Positions 37,598-48,518 of a stretch of DNA of 64,000 nt are shown piece by piece (within the stretch, counting starts at the first letter, position 1; each line of letters starts with the position of its first letter). A model generated the notes under the pieces. That model ran no database searches. It was not told where the DNA came from and saw nothing but the letters and a program-made list of their open reading frames with translations. Both the position numbers and the translations under genes were made by a program. This DNA is from Hydrolagus affinis. Taxonomy: Eukaryota. The stretch is taken from contig JAAILG010001282.1 of assembly GCA_012026655.1 (NCBI GenBank), positions 1 to 64,000 on the forward strand, given 5' to 3'.

Positions 37598-39029
37598 CAA
37601 TTTGATTCTTCGTAAAGAAATCGATTTTCTCAAATTCTGTCTTTGGAAAAGGTTGAAGTGCCAATTGAAGGGAAATTACAGGAAGAGCACAAGATAATTT
37701 GTCAGCAAACTATGGACAACTATTCGCTTTATTTCCCTCATTCACAAACATAATGATATATTTAATTAAGTTTGTAAATGTAATGCTTGAATCATTAAAT
37801 GGGAAGTTACAACAGCTGTTTTCCAGCTAATGTCCTGGATGATACTGAAGCTTACTGATCATTTTAACAGAGATTTTCAGTGTGGGAGGTTGCAAGTAAG
37901 ATCTTTCAGCTATACAATTGAGACCATGAATCTTGTAGGAATCAACCGACAACATGCATATAGTGGAGTTGATAGTTTGATTTCTGTCCAATAAGTTTCC
38001 ATTTATCCCTTTTTGGCTCCTTGCCTTTCACCCAAGGGAGTATTTGGAAGTGGCGTGGATGAAAGGATCCATCAGTTTGACAGTCAAAATGTGCAAGCTG
38101 AGCAGTCCAGGAATTCATTGCCCAGTTTCCAGTCACAATACAGTGGGCTCGACGGGAAAACAGGGACAGGACTTGAGATGTGTGGGGAACTTGGTTGACA
38201 AGATTGCACCAAACTGGAGGAAGCTAAGAACCCAGAAGAAAGTATCCAGTGATCACTGACCTACCATCCCTACAGCAGTAAAATCATATGCTACAACACA
38301 CAGTCTTCAAAGAGCCACTCCATACTTTGACCCAGCAGCACACTGGTGAAAACAAATATTGCTTTCAACGCTCTCTCTCTCTCCCTCCCTTGCTCTCTCT
38401 CTCTCCCACTCTCGTTGGGACTTAAGGGCCTATTAACTTACTGTTAATTATGTTTTAGTGGATTTGAAAGAAAAATCATAGAGATCAGTGGAGAAATAAA
38501 AGAAACCCACTCCACCACGAGAAAAACTAATGATGGTTTTATCAGGAACAATATAAAGATTGCTTTTTCCTTCTATCAGTCCCACTAGGTTCTGTTGGAA
38601 GATATTTCTGTATTTGGCCCTGGGTTCCACAGAGCTTTAACATAATCAAATCAATATTGTGATGATTCAGCCTCTGGCAACAAGTTACCAGTGAGGATTT
38701 GGCAGCCAAGGCACAAAAGTTATAATCTGAAAGAAATTGATTTTTTTTTAGTTCTAGTGGATTTTCTTAAAAGTACAATGAACGTTGCATCACTGAAGTG
38801 ATCACTTTTGCACAACTTTTGAGGGGTTGCAAACCGCCGTAGACATGATGATTTCTTTCTCTCTCATCTACTGCTGATCACATGTGAATGAATGTACAGT
38901 ACTAATAATTGCTACATTTTCTACCTCTCTGTGAGCTTGAAGACCATGGTGTTTTAACTATTTATTGTGTGACTGGTAGCCAGGCACTCAATAGAAATTG
39001 TTCTAAGAATTCAACTACATATATTTAAG

Positions 39030-39200
39030 GGTGTCAGCTTGGCTCGGTTGGTATCACACTTGCCTCTGAGTCAAAAGATTGTGGACTTTATCCCCCAATT
39101 GGGGCTTTGAGCTCATAGTCTAGTTTGAGATTCAAATGCAATGTAGCTCTGTTTTGTTGGAGATGCTGTCCCTTGGATGAGACATTAAATTGAGATGCCC
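39030..39200 (+). mobile_element. 5' half of a SacSINE1-like Deu-SINE
   Basis: GTCAGCTTGGCTCGGTTGGTATCACACTTGCCTCTGAGTCAAAAGATTGTGG...GGATGAGACATTAAATTGAG. Confidence 0.72.
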
Positions 39201-39584
39201 TGACGCGCAGCTATTGTAAGGCAGCTACACTATTAAATTGCCTTCAGTCTGCCCAACAATGTGCCTCAAGTCACAGCTTCAGAAGGATGTTTCACCAGAG
39301 TCAGACTGGGACTTATATGCACATCATGTACCAAATTATCGGTAATTTTTTACTGCCAGCTACTGGGAACTGGATTGAGACAGAGCAAACTGATTTTATA
39401 TAGTATCCAGATACCCAAGGGAGAAAAGAGGCTTTCGTCCCATCAATGATTGCCTACGAAGCTGGCCTATTGTGAGCTACAGGTGTTTTAGTGCCCTGAC
39501 CTTACTGCCTATTGGGGAAGGGCCAAAGAGATAGCACATTTTAGATAAGTTAAGGGGACCATAGAGGCCCAAGTTGGGCCCAGC

Positions 39585-39660
39585 AGAACATAGGAAAGGA
39601 GTCGGCCATTCAGCCTCTTTTGCCTGTTCCGCCATTCTATTAGATCATGGCTGATCTGTG
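39585..39660 (-). mobile_element. CR1 3' end
   Basis: AGAACATAGGAAAGGAGTCGGCCATTCAGCC...AGATCATGGCTGATCT, same family as 41612-42137. Confidence 0.8.
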
Positions 39661-39747
39661 TCTCAGCTACAATTACTTGGAAGTGGTGAATGAACTAGGA
39701 TGGGTGAGAGCTGGAAGGTGTGACTGACTGGTGGCAACCAAAGACAT

Positions 39748-39779
39748 TGCACATGCGCAAAAGCCGTTGCTATGGGAAC
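39748..39779. promoter_or_regulatory. Adjacent NRF1-like site and RFX X-box
   Basis: TGCACATGCGCA (39748-39759) and GTTGCTATGGGAAC (39766-39779). Motif match only. Confidence 0.4.
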
Positions 39780-39986
39780 AAGGTAGCTTGGTTCGGCAAA
39801 TTCATAGATTGTTTCAGCTGTCAAAAAGCCTCCATAGTCACTTTGTTTCAACAATATTGGAGCTCCATCAAATGCAAGGATCATACTAAGATAACTCCGT
39901 TATAAGGTATTCTAGTTTATCATTGATCTATTTATAGTGTGGGTGATTTTTTTCACAAAATAGATATATTTATTTGTTGATATATA

Positions 39987-40588
39987 CAGGTATCCCTCCC
40001 CAACCGGGGGGGATACATTCCTGAAAACCTCCGTGGTTAGTAAAACCGTGGTTTGAAAATGCAGGGCCCTATGGGAAACATGGGGTAAGTTTGCTTGTCC
40101 TTGAACTAAACACAAAAAAATTCATGTTATTTACCTAAATCCTAATGATGATGGGGGAGGTGGTGTTGCATGCTGTTACATGGAAGAGGGGCCCTGCGCA
40201 CCCTCTTCCTCTGCCTCCTCCTCCAGATCATAAATCACCGACGAGTGCGAGGTGGGGGGATGTAGAGAAGATGGTGTGGTGGGTGACACCGAGGGGGTGG
40301 ATGTGGAGAAGGTGGTGTGGTGGGTGACACCAAGGTGGTGGATGCAGAGAAGCGACATCGTGGCTGGTTGATTGCGACATCGCAACTGGATCCTAGTGCC
40401 AAACGCTAGCACAAAAACAATATCGTGGCTGGTTGATGCAACTGGGCGCTAGCACCAAATGCTAGTGTTAGTGTTAAAACCCGTGGATACGCAAAATTCA
40501 CTGCCGCGGTTGACAAAGGTTGTCGCAGAGAGGCAACCGCGGATACGTGATAGAAAAAAATGTGGTTGGGGGGGGTGTACCCGCACTG
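39987..40588. mobile_element. Tigger/MER2-like MITE nested in the Tx1 3' UTR
   Basis: TA at 39985-39986 and 40589-40590; ends CAGGTATCCCTCCCCAACC / CAGTGCGGGTACACCCCCCCCAACC (rc); GGGGGATACATTCC and CCGYGGATAC subterminal motifs. Removing it restores colinearity with 42850-42968. Confidence 0.82.
40256..40352. repeat. About 41-bp tandem repeat (about 2.3 units) inside the MITE
   Basis: GGATGTAGAGAAGATGGTGTGGTGGGTGACACCGAGGGGGT repeated with few changes. Confidence 0.85.
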
Positions 40589-41611
40589 TATTTAGGTTTA
40601 TCTCAGACAGTATAAAACACACAAAAAAACTACACAACATCTTGTTATCCTGGTGCAGGACACAACAGATCCGGTCACTTTGCGGGGCCCAGGTACAAGG
40701 TGGGTTTTGTACCCACTCCCTATACCATCCTCATACATTTTTGGGACACTCTTTGTTACATCTTGAGCATCCTTCTATACATTTTTTTGGGACACTCACT
40801 CTAAGACAGTCAGGAATCACCCTTGTGTGCACTACAATCATGTTCGCGCCCGCGCACACCCTGACAATGCGCTCATGCCACTTTCGGATGGTGTCCCTGT
40901 GTGCACTGTACACACACATGTTTATCCAAACACACACCAGGAAACCTCGCAAACACAAATGCGGTGGGCTAGTCCCTTTTCTGCCTTTCTCCTTTCACAG
41001 GACGGTGAGCCTTTACCACACTGGGATGGCAGGCAGACATATATGCATTTTAGGGCTGCTCTTTCTTACACCTTGAGCATCCCTCTGCATATTTTTGTGG
41101 TTACACACATGTTTATTCACAGTTTTGGATGAGCTAGTGGGATACCCAGTGAGCGTGCCCTGGTGTTTCTCTATCACTGGTAGGGACCTTGGCTCATGGG
41201 GATGTGGCGCCAATGTGAAGCATGGCTAGCTCAGTGGAGCTGGCTGGGATCAGGCCCCATCTGGCTTTTGCTGCAATTGAGCTTAGCTTCATTGTGACCC
41301 TCAGTAAGTAATCCCTAAGCCTAACGTGTGCGAACCTGATGGAGGACTTCCCCATCGCCTCGTTCCGCTGGAAGAACGCTAAGTTTCAGGAGCCACGGGG
41401 CCTCCTTCACAGAGTTGATGGATTTTTCTGAGCAACTCAATGTGGGTCGATTCCCGGGAAGAGACCATACAGCACTGAGAGCCGTGACAGCGGGTCTCCA
41501 AGGATGAACCACGAAAGCAGCCATTCTATCAATTTCCTTTGCATGACAACACTCCAGGAAGAAATGATCCACGGTCTCCAATGATGGCTGGACAAGTCTC
41601 CAACTGTGCAT

Positions 41612-42137
41612 AAGAACATAAGAATAAGGAGCAGGAATAGGCTATTCGGCCCCTCGAGCCTTCCCCGCCATTCAATAAGATCATGGCTGATCTTCTAATC
41701 TAACTCCATCTGCCTGCCTTATCCCCATATCCCTTAATCCCTTTATCAATAAAAAATCTATCAATTTCAGTCTTGAATATGTTCAAGGACTGAGCATTTA
41801 CAACTTTTTTGGGTAGAGAATTCCATAGATTCATACCCTCTGTGTGAAGAAGTGTTTCCTCAACTCTGTGCAAAAAGGCTGACCCTTAATCGTAAAACAG
41901 TGACCCCTAGTTATAGTTCCGCCAACCAGAGGAAACAGTCTCTCACTGTCTACTCTGTCATGTCCCTTAATAATCTTATAGTTTCTATAAGATCACCTCT
42001 AATTCTTCTATATTCTAGAGATTATAGGCCTAGTTTACTCAACCCATCCTCACAGTTCAACCCCCTCATCCCAGGAACCAACGGAGTGAAGGTACACTGC
42101 ACCCCCTCTAAGACGAGTACGTCCTTTCTCAAATAAG
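41612..42137 (-). mobile_element. CR1 3' fragment nested in Tx1 ORF2
   Basis: (CATAAGAA)n tail, GGAGCAGGAATAGGCTATTCGGCCCCTCGAGCC, GGTAGAGAATTCCATAGATTCA and ATAAGATCACCTCT (rc: RGDL); GCAT at both junctions (41608-41611, 42138-42141). Confidence 0.9.
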
Positions 42138-42841
42138 GCATGAAAGCCCTGGGGGAGAAGACCCTTTTCATTGCCACCCTTATCCTGATGGTTGTTGGAG
42201 GTGTTGATAGTGTTGTGCCAGATGTGGGTGGCGGTCACCACAGGGTACCTCCCAATCGGGTCTGCTGTCTCCCGTTTTCTAACCGTTTCAACTGCTTGCT
42301 GCACGGACCACTCAGTGATTGTGCCGTTGTATGCGATGATGCTCTTCAGAAATTTCCCTAGATAGAACAGATGTTTCGTCTCCAACTGTGTGGACGTTTA
42401 AACTCAGTTCAGCCAGACCCATAGTTCTCAGCTCCAGGTACAGGTAGAAGCCCGGCACATAGCGGCATTTGTTGCTGGCATAGCGGGGCTCCAGGCACAG
42501 CTGTAGGCAGCAGCACACAAAGGTGGCCATGAGGATCTTCTCTGGGGTGTTGTGCATCGTGTTTCTATGGACACAGTCCATCTTGAACCCGCAGATCAGG
42601 TGGAAAACTGCTCTGGTGACTGCAACAACGTTATTCCTCGTCAAAGGCCAGACTTGGCCACCTACAGTAACACAGCGAGCACCTCACACTTTATCACCAG
42701 GTTTTTCCCGGTGATGGACAGCGAGCGCTGGTGCCACGTCCCCAGTTTCTTCCTCATTACATGAAGATATTCCTCACAGCTTTTTTGGCATGCCTCGGCA
42801 GCCCCGAACCAGATGCCGAGAACGTTTTTATAGTGCGGGAG

Positions 42842-42969
42842 TTTATTTAAAAACAAAATATATATGTTTATTTGTTGATATATATTTACAGTATCAGTAG
42901 CAAACCCATTACAGAAAAAAAAGACCCAGCATGTTATTATCCCGTTGCAGAATGCAACAGATCTGGCCT
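42842..42969 (-). mobile_element. Second, very short (about 130 bp) Tx1 3' end
   Basis: ACAAAATATATATGTTTATTTGTTGATATATA and TTATCCCGTTGCAGAATGCAACAGATCTGG align with 39955-39986 plus 40591-40674; flanked by the 15-mers at 42827-42841 and 42970-42984. Confidence 0.8.
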
Positions 42970-43123
42970 TTTATAGTGCTGGTGTACTGTGGACCCCGGC
43001 AATACCAGAAACCTGGTACAATGTGTTCCTGACCTACAAAATGTCCCACCGCTGGGTTGTGAGTTCACAGCTGACTTCATGAGTATTGCGTCTCTTGCAT
43101 GTTTACATATGGAGGGAACATCT

Positions 43124-43192
43124 CTGACATCACTTCCTGCACGGCATACAGGAACCAGCGCTGATGCTGGTTCAGGCAGGAAGCGATGTCAG
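43124..43192. repeat. Nested inverted repeat / hairpin
   Basis: CTGACATCACTTCCTGC pairs with GCAGGAAGCGATGTCAG (16/17); inner GAACCAGC/GCTGGTTC is a perfect 8-bp stem. Confidence 0.8.
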
Positions 43193-43714
43193 TATGACGC
43201 TCACAGGAAGTGACGTGAGGAATGCTGTGCTGACTCACATGGCAGATTATTTGTGGGGTTTCATTTTAACACTGGGGATCTGTGTTAGAGTTGTCAAGTA
43301 TTAAGTAATTTTTTAAGCCATTGTGAAGCGCTCTGAGATGCCGCCCGGCTGCATTAATGCAAGTTGTTACTGTTATTATCGTAAATAAATAATCTTAACA
43401 TTTGATATCGACAGGACGTGCCAAAGTGCTTCACAGGATATACTATAAAGTGTATTGATTGTGTGTTTTGTAGACGAATACTTTACAAAATACTTACACC
43501 AGCTCCATCCTAATGGATAAAGCTATTATTATTATCACATCATTATTGTAACATTTGTCTTAGAAGCCTAACGTTAGAGTTAAACCTGTGCTATTATCTC
43601 TTGTGGGCATAGCCACAGTTATTCACTCGGTAAACACTTCCACTGCTGTAACAGGACAATTCCCCTGCCTTGCTTTATGATGACTCAGGGACATTTGATG
43701 GCTCTAACCCTAGG

Positions 43715-44345
43715 CCATCACCTTATGTAATTGATTCTATTCATTGGCAGCAGAAAATTGTAAACTTTGCTCCGCATTGCTCCAACTCTTCCACAGATCA
43801 TTTGCTGCAGCGTTGATTCTTTAAATCCTGCTCTTTCTTCTCGCCTCTCATGTTTTTTTTGTTCTTTTTGCGCAGCAGGGCTAGTGCAGGAGGTCTTGAC
43901 TATCCATTTCTCCCTCTGCAGCCCAGCGGAATATCCTCTGTCAATCAAAGAGGCAGGATTTGCGTGTTGCATAGCGACACGTCGATACGGTCCATTTGGT
44001 GGACTGAACATGAACCTAATAATCAGATCCTGCTTAAGCATGCGCTTCCTCTGTAATTGACTCCCGCGTATTGATTGAGATGTTGATGTGTCCCTGTATT
44101 GCTGTTGGTAATGCAGTTAAGAATGGGCCCTTTATCAATGGCTCTTTGTGAAACCTGCACTCCCGTCACCAGCTCCATCCTAATGGATAAAGCTGTCATT
44201 TTAAAGCTAGAGTGTCTCCCAGGCCCAAAGACAAAATTAGTGCCTCAATAATTTATGCACTGGAAAACTTACCCAGCCACTTTAATTGACTGGTGCAGTG
44301 CCTTGACTGCATTTGTCTGTTTTGCATAAGATTCACTTAAATTAA
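43715..44345. promoter_or_regulatory. Candidate conserved non-coding element / developmental enhancer
   Basis: Repeat-free block with the PBX-MEIS decamer TGATTGACAG (rc, 43938-43947), overlapping TCF/LEF ATCAAAG (43944-43950), X-box-like GTTGCATAGCGAC (43966-43978) and several TAATTG/TAATGG homeodomain cores. Confidence 0.5.
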
Positions 44346-45301
44346 GCCACCTATTTTGCACACAGCTGATTGGGCTCCCACACAAAAATAAAATAACAAA
44401 CCAAACAACGCAATGTTATTTGGTTGGTTATTTTACTGTGGATCTGCACAATAAGAAGCTCGGTCACTGTTGTGACATGCCGTGTGTCACCAAATGGCGT
44501 CCAGTGAAATGATTCTTAAATACGGCTGACAATTGCTTCAAAGCATCTTTTGTGTTTGCACTTGCATGTTCTGACTGCACCACACGTGTTTGCATCCTGT
44601 GAACGGTGCTAATAAATATTTCACTTAATAAGGTCAGGCACGCTGTCTCCTGGGTTTCAACTGGACAGAACCTTCCCCTGAACTGAAAATTAATAACTTA
44701 TTTGATGTCCTGATGTAAAGTACTGTTGTATTTAATTATGAAGTGTTAACTAAGGCAACCAGAAATCCTGTTCGTGGTATCAGAGCCCATAATAAGTGAT
44801 TCGTGTTACACTTCAAACCTTTGTTAATGAATCAGGGGAAGCGATAAAATTGATTTTACCTCGGGTTCATTTCCATAGTGCAATTCAGTCTTGCAGGAAT
44901 CTTTTAACCGTGCTATTGCTTTGGGTCTATTTCTCGCATCTTTCCTTCAGTGTCAAAAGTTTCCTGCAGTCCCCAACTTTGATTGTTCAGCGCCTTGGGA
45001 CGTCCTCCCGAACGTGAAAGGCACTCTATAAATGTAATTTTGTTGTTGTGTTTGTTGTTGGTGTTGTCCTCTGTGGTCAATCGATCCGTCAGACTTGCAG
45101 ATGCGTGACACAAATTTTGAGTTTAAAATTTTGCGACATCTCATATCGGATTAGATATGATAATTGTCGTGTAGAATTGGCCTATGAAACGGAGGAACAT
45201 GAGTTGATAATTATCAACCGGTTTCAGGTCTGAACAAGACCAGGGGTTTAACAAAATGGTAGATCCGTGGAGATTTTCTTTAAAACATTTTGGCCACCAG
45301 T

Positions 45302-45676
45302 CAATAATTATAATAATAATAAGAAGAAGAAGAATAATAAGAATCCATGTATTTAATGTAGCTCCTTATCACGTCATTAATTCATCTCTATGCACTTCAC
45401 ACAATCTACAGTACTTTAAAGTGAATTGACTGTATGTTTTGTGACCGATATGTGGCTGACAATTGTACACAACAATGTTACATAACCAGTTGTGGATTGA
45501 ATGATCAAATTATTATTTTTTTTTGAAGGGATTATTATTCCCGGAAAACCAACTAACAACCAGGGTGTGTGGAGTAAGGAAACTTGCCCAATGTTTTACC
45601 CTGCTTGGGAATTGTACCTGGGTCAAGGTGAGTGTCGGCCAAGCGAGTGCTCTAAACAATAAGCTACAGGACTCCA
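45302..45676 (-). mobile_element. tRNA-headed SINE, intermediate form (internal module partly deleted)
   Basis: Retains only AACTAACAACCAGGG between ATTATTCCCGGAAAACC and TGTGTGGAGTAAGGAAACTTGCCC. Confidence 0.82.
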
Positions 45677-45904
45677 CAGGGACAGAGCCCCTGTCCTTAA
45701 TATAATTTTTGTTTACTGGCTCCAAGGCAATATCTAAGTGCTGGGGCAGTGAAGATCTCTGCTCTCCCGATTGTGGAGAAAGATAGATTATAAAACAATG
45801 GAATATTGGCTTAACCCGGACAATGTTGTCTTGCTTCTAAATTGATGATATATATTGTCCGGTTGCCTCACAAAATGATCTTGGCTGAAGGGTAGTAAAC
45901 CCGC

Positions 45905-46295
45905 CTTTGAGTCAAAAAGTTGTGGGTTCAAATCCCACGTCAGGACTTGAACTCAAGTAGTCTAAGATGACACTCCAATGCAATGCTGAGGGTGTGTTGC
46001 ATTTTGGAGGTTTAAACAAACTGAGGTCCCATCTGCCTGTTGAGGTAGATGTTAAAGATCCCATGGCACTATTCAAAAAGAAAAGGGATTTCTCCAGGGG
46101 TCCTGGCCAATAATTTTCCCTAAAATCACATTGGTCATTCACTGTTTGTGGCAGATTGCGGTGAGCAAATTGTGCTGTTGCATTTGCCCACAAAATATGC
46201 CCACAAAAATTCACTTTACAGTATATTCTGTGATGTGCTTTCAGACGTCCTTTCAATGTGATAAGGCACAATATCAAATGCAAGGATTATTATTA
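45905..46295 (+). mobile_element. SacSINE1-like head and Deu core with the local SINE family's 3' end
   Basis: TGAGTCAAAAAGTTGTGGGTTCAAATCCC...GTTAAAGATCCCATGGCACTATTC...ATTCACTTTACAGTATATTCTGTG...CAAATGCAAGGATTATTATTAT. Confidence 0.82.
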
Positions 46296-46726
46296 TCATT
46301 ATAAAACAAAGAAGCTGTCAAAAAATGTCCCATGATTTACCCACTTCCACCTGAGAGTGGGAAAGTGAAATGTAAGGAAACATGACAAACAAGGACAAAT
46401 GTCGGAGGCGATTGAGATGGATTGCGGCACCACAGAGCACATCAAGGCTTAATAGGAGAACTCTTATACCAGTTCTTCACTGCCTGCATTATTACGTACA
46501 GGACAGGCAGCTTTCACATGCTCAGTGCGCGCCTCTCATTGTGGCCTGACATACTCAACATCAGAGTTGTTTTTGCAGACTTGCCATCAGAAAAAATAAT
46601 CTTTCATTTCAGTTGTTTTGTTTCTTACAAATTAAAAACTTAAAAACCTTCCATCCTCAAGGGGGTTTCAGGCATCTTTAATCTTTAATTCAGAAGGACA
46701 TTCCGTGGCGAGCTTTTTTTTTTTTT

Positions 46727-46760
46727 GTGTGTGTGTGTGTGTGTGTGGATGTGTGTGTAT
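46727..46760. repeat. (TG)n microsatellite preceded by oligo-T
   Basis: Direct reading. Confidence 0.9.
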
Positions 46761-48518
46761 GCATGCGAGGCTGCTACTGCAACGCGATAAGATTTGCAAA
46801 GGTTTTACTCTGTGTGACCATCCTCCCCTTGGTTGTCCAGCGTATTATGGAAATGCAGTTGCTCTACTGCGGGGGCTCGGGGGAACGGATTGTTAGGATG
46901 GGATAAAAGATTGTTAAGATGCGCTGGGACCTTTCAGACATACTTAGAAGAAATGGAAGGAAGGCATCACTAGACTGCATGTTCAGTCCGTTCCACAGAA
47001 GCCTTTAGCAGCTAATTTAAAGGGGCAGTGCTGTCCAGTGAAGTGGACACAATCACTTCCACATAGCATTGTATTTCATTGTGCCTTGAGAGATTTGTAC
47101 ACTTGACTTGTGAATTACTGGCAAAGACAAAATACTTTGAACGCATTTGAGCATGAAGCATCTTTATACAGTAAATCTCACTTAAGTTGTATCAGTTGGG
47201 ACCACACATTTAAAATGATTTTTGCAAAGTACAAGATTGTCCTTTCACCAGAAAGACATAAGTTTGAATCCCGCCCAAACATGGAATAAAGCACCCTTCC
47301 TCTTGTATAAAGGCACTGTAAGAAATGGCTTTGAGAAGTCTATCAGTTTAGTTCTTGAAAGGTACAGATAGGCAGAACTGTCCAACTGCACAGAGTGGTT
47401 AGCAAAATGTGGTGTTCACTTGCACCAGTAAATGTTTTGTAACAATGCGTTATTATGTGTTTAGACAAGAGGAAGAGTTTTCACTAAATCAGATGACTGC
47501 AGTAAAGTGTACACTGATGTGAGAGACTCAGCACAGAGCACAATTACTTCATGAAATATTCCAGAACAATACACATGCAGAGAATCGCAAATTCTGGGAT
47601 GAGATGAAGTGACATGGATTGCTGTAAATCCTGAAACTTAAGAAGTCACGTTAACCCTGTTTCTGTACCAACAGGACAAAAAGCAGCTTTAGAGAGTCTT
47701 TTTTCAAAAAAAACAATATGTTTTATTTTCAGAAAGGAATGAGGGGCTGGCTGTACACTGTGAATTGGGCTTGATGTCTGCTCGTTTTTCTCCGTTTGGA
47801 TAGTTGTCAAATGTTAATAGGATTCCTCCCCCGCCCCCACCTCCACACAAACATACGTGTTCTCAATCTGCAATGAAAAATTAATGCTTTGAGAAACTAT
47901 CCTTTGTGAAGGCCATTATATAAAGACAAGTTTTATTAAACACAACATAACTGTATTTTTTGTGTTGGAGCCTCTTTGAAGTGCAATGTTAATATTAAAC
48001 TTTCGTTGTATTCCCTATCTATCTTTGGCTTTGTATTTCAACCTAGCGGTGGGTGGCGTAGTGGGGTGGAGGGGATGAAGACATAGAGTTGCAATAAATG
48101 TGACATCTGTCAAGGTGCTTCATCAGGTGGCCTCATTTACACTGACTCCTAATACAGTACTCTAATTACAGATTTACAAAAATTCTGATAGCGTGGAAGT
48201 GGTTAGCTGGAGTGACTCAGACTGTACATCTGCTTGGTGGGTTTCAGAGGGAGCCCATAACAACCTGGGAAGACTGGTGTCAAACCAAATACACCCACTG
48301 ACTAAACTCTCCAGCTGATTGGTTCTTTCAGCACCTCTGTTGTGGCGCAGAGAGAGCTAGAGGACTCAGGGAACACTCAGTAAATAAAGCTGGGGAAATA
48401 ATTTTACTGCATTAACATATCTCCATGAGACATCTATAAGACGTGAAAAGCACTATATCAAATGCAAGTGTTACTATTCTTCTTATTATTATTTTATTAT
48501 TATCAGGGGTACCTCATG

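Larger units (their letters stand above)
39946..42826 (-). mobile_element. 5'-truncated L1-clade Tx1-type retrotransposon (ORF2 C-terminal part and 3' UTR), decayed, carrying two nested insertions
   Basis: Minus-strand peptides VLGIWFG...KLGTWHQRSLSITGKNLVIKCEVL, RETADPIGRYP...IWHN, ETVDHFFLEC (CCHC-knuckle region) and RLRDYLLR...AAKARWG; AATAAA and oligo-A at the 3' end (39947-39975); 15-bp direct repeats at 39931-39945 and 42827-42841. Confidence 0.88.

Noticed and set aside
40459-41076. Longest ORF in the track (205 aa)
   Set aside because: It spans the MITE end and the antisense strand of the Tx1 3' UTR, and has no recognisable domain.
42999-43008. CTGGTATTGC (rc) matches the U2 snRNA 3' region, suggesting a U2-targeting (Keno-like) Tx1
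   Set aside because: Only a 10-nt match; the actual 15-bp target bears no resemblance to U2.
47240-47450. LF-SINE-like head (CCTTTCACC...GTTTGAATCCCGCCCA), with similar hints at about 6250 and 60770
   Set aside because: Too diverged to support by eye; needs an HMM search.
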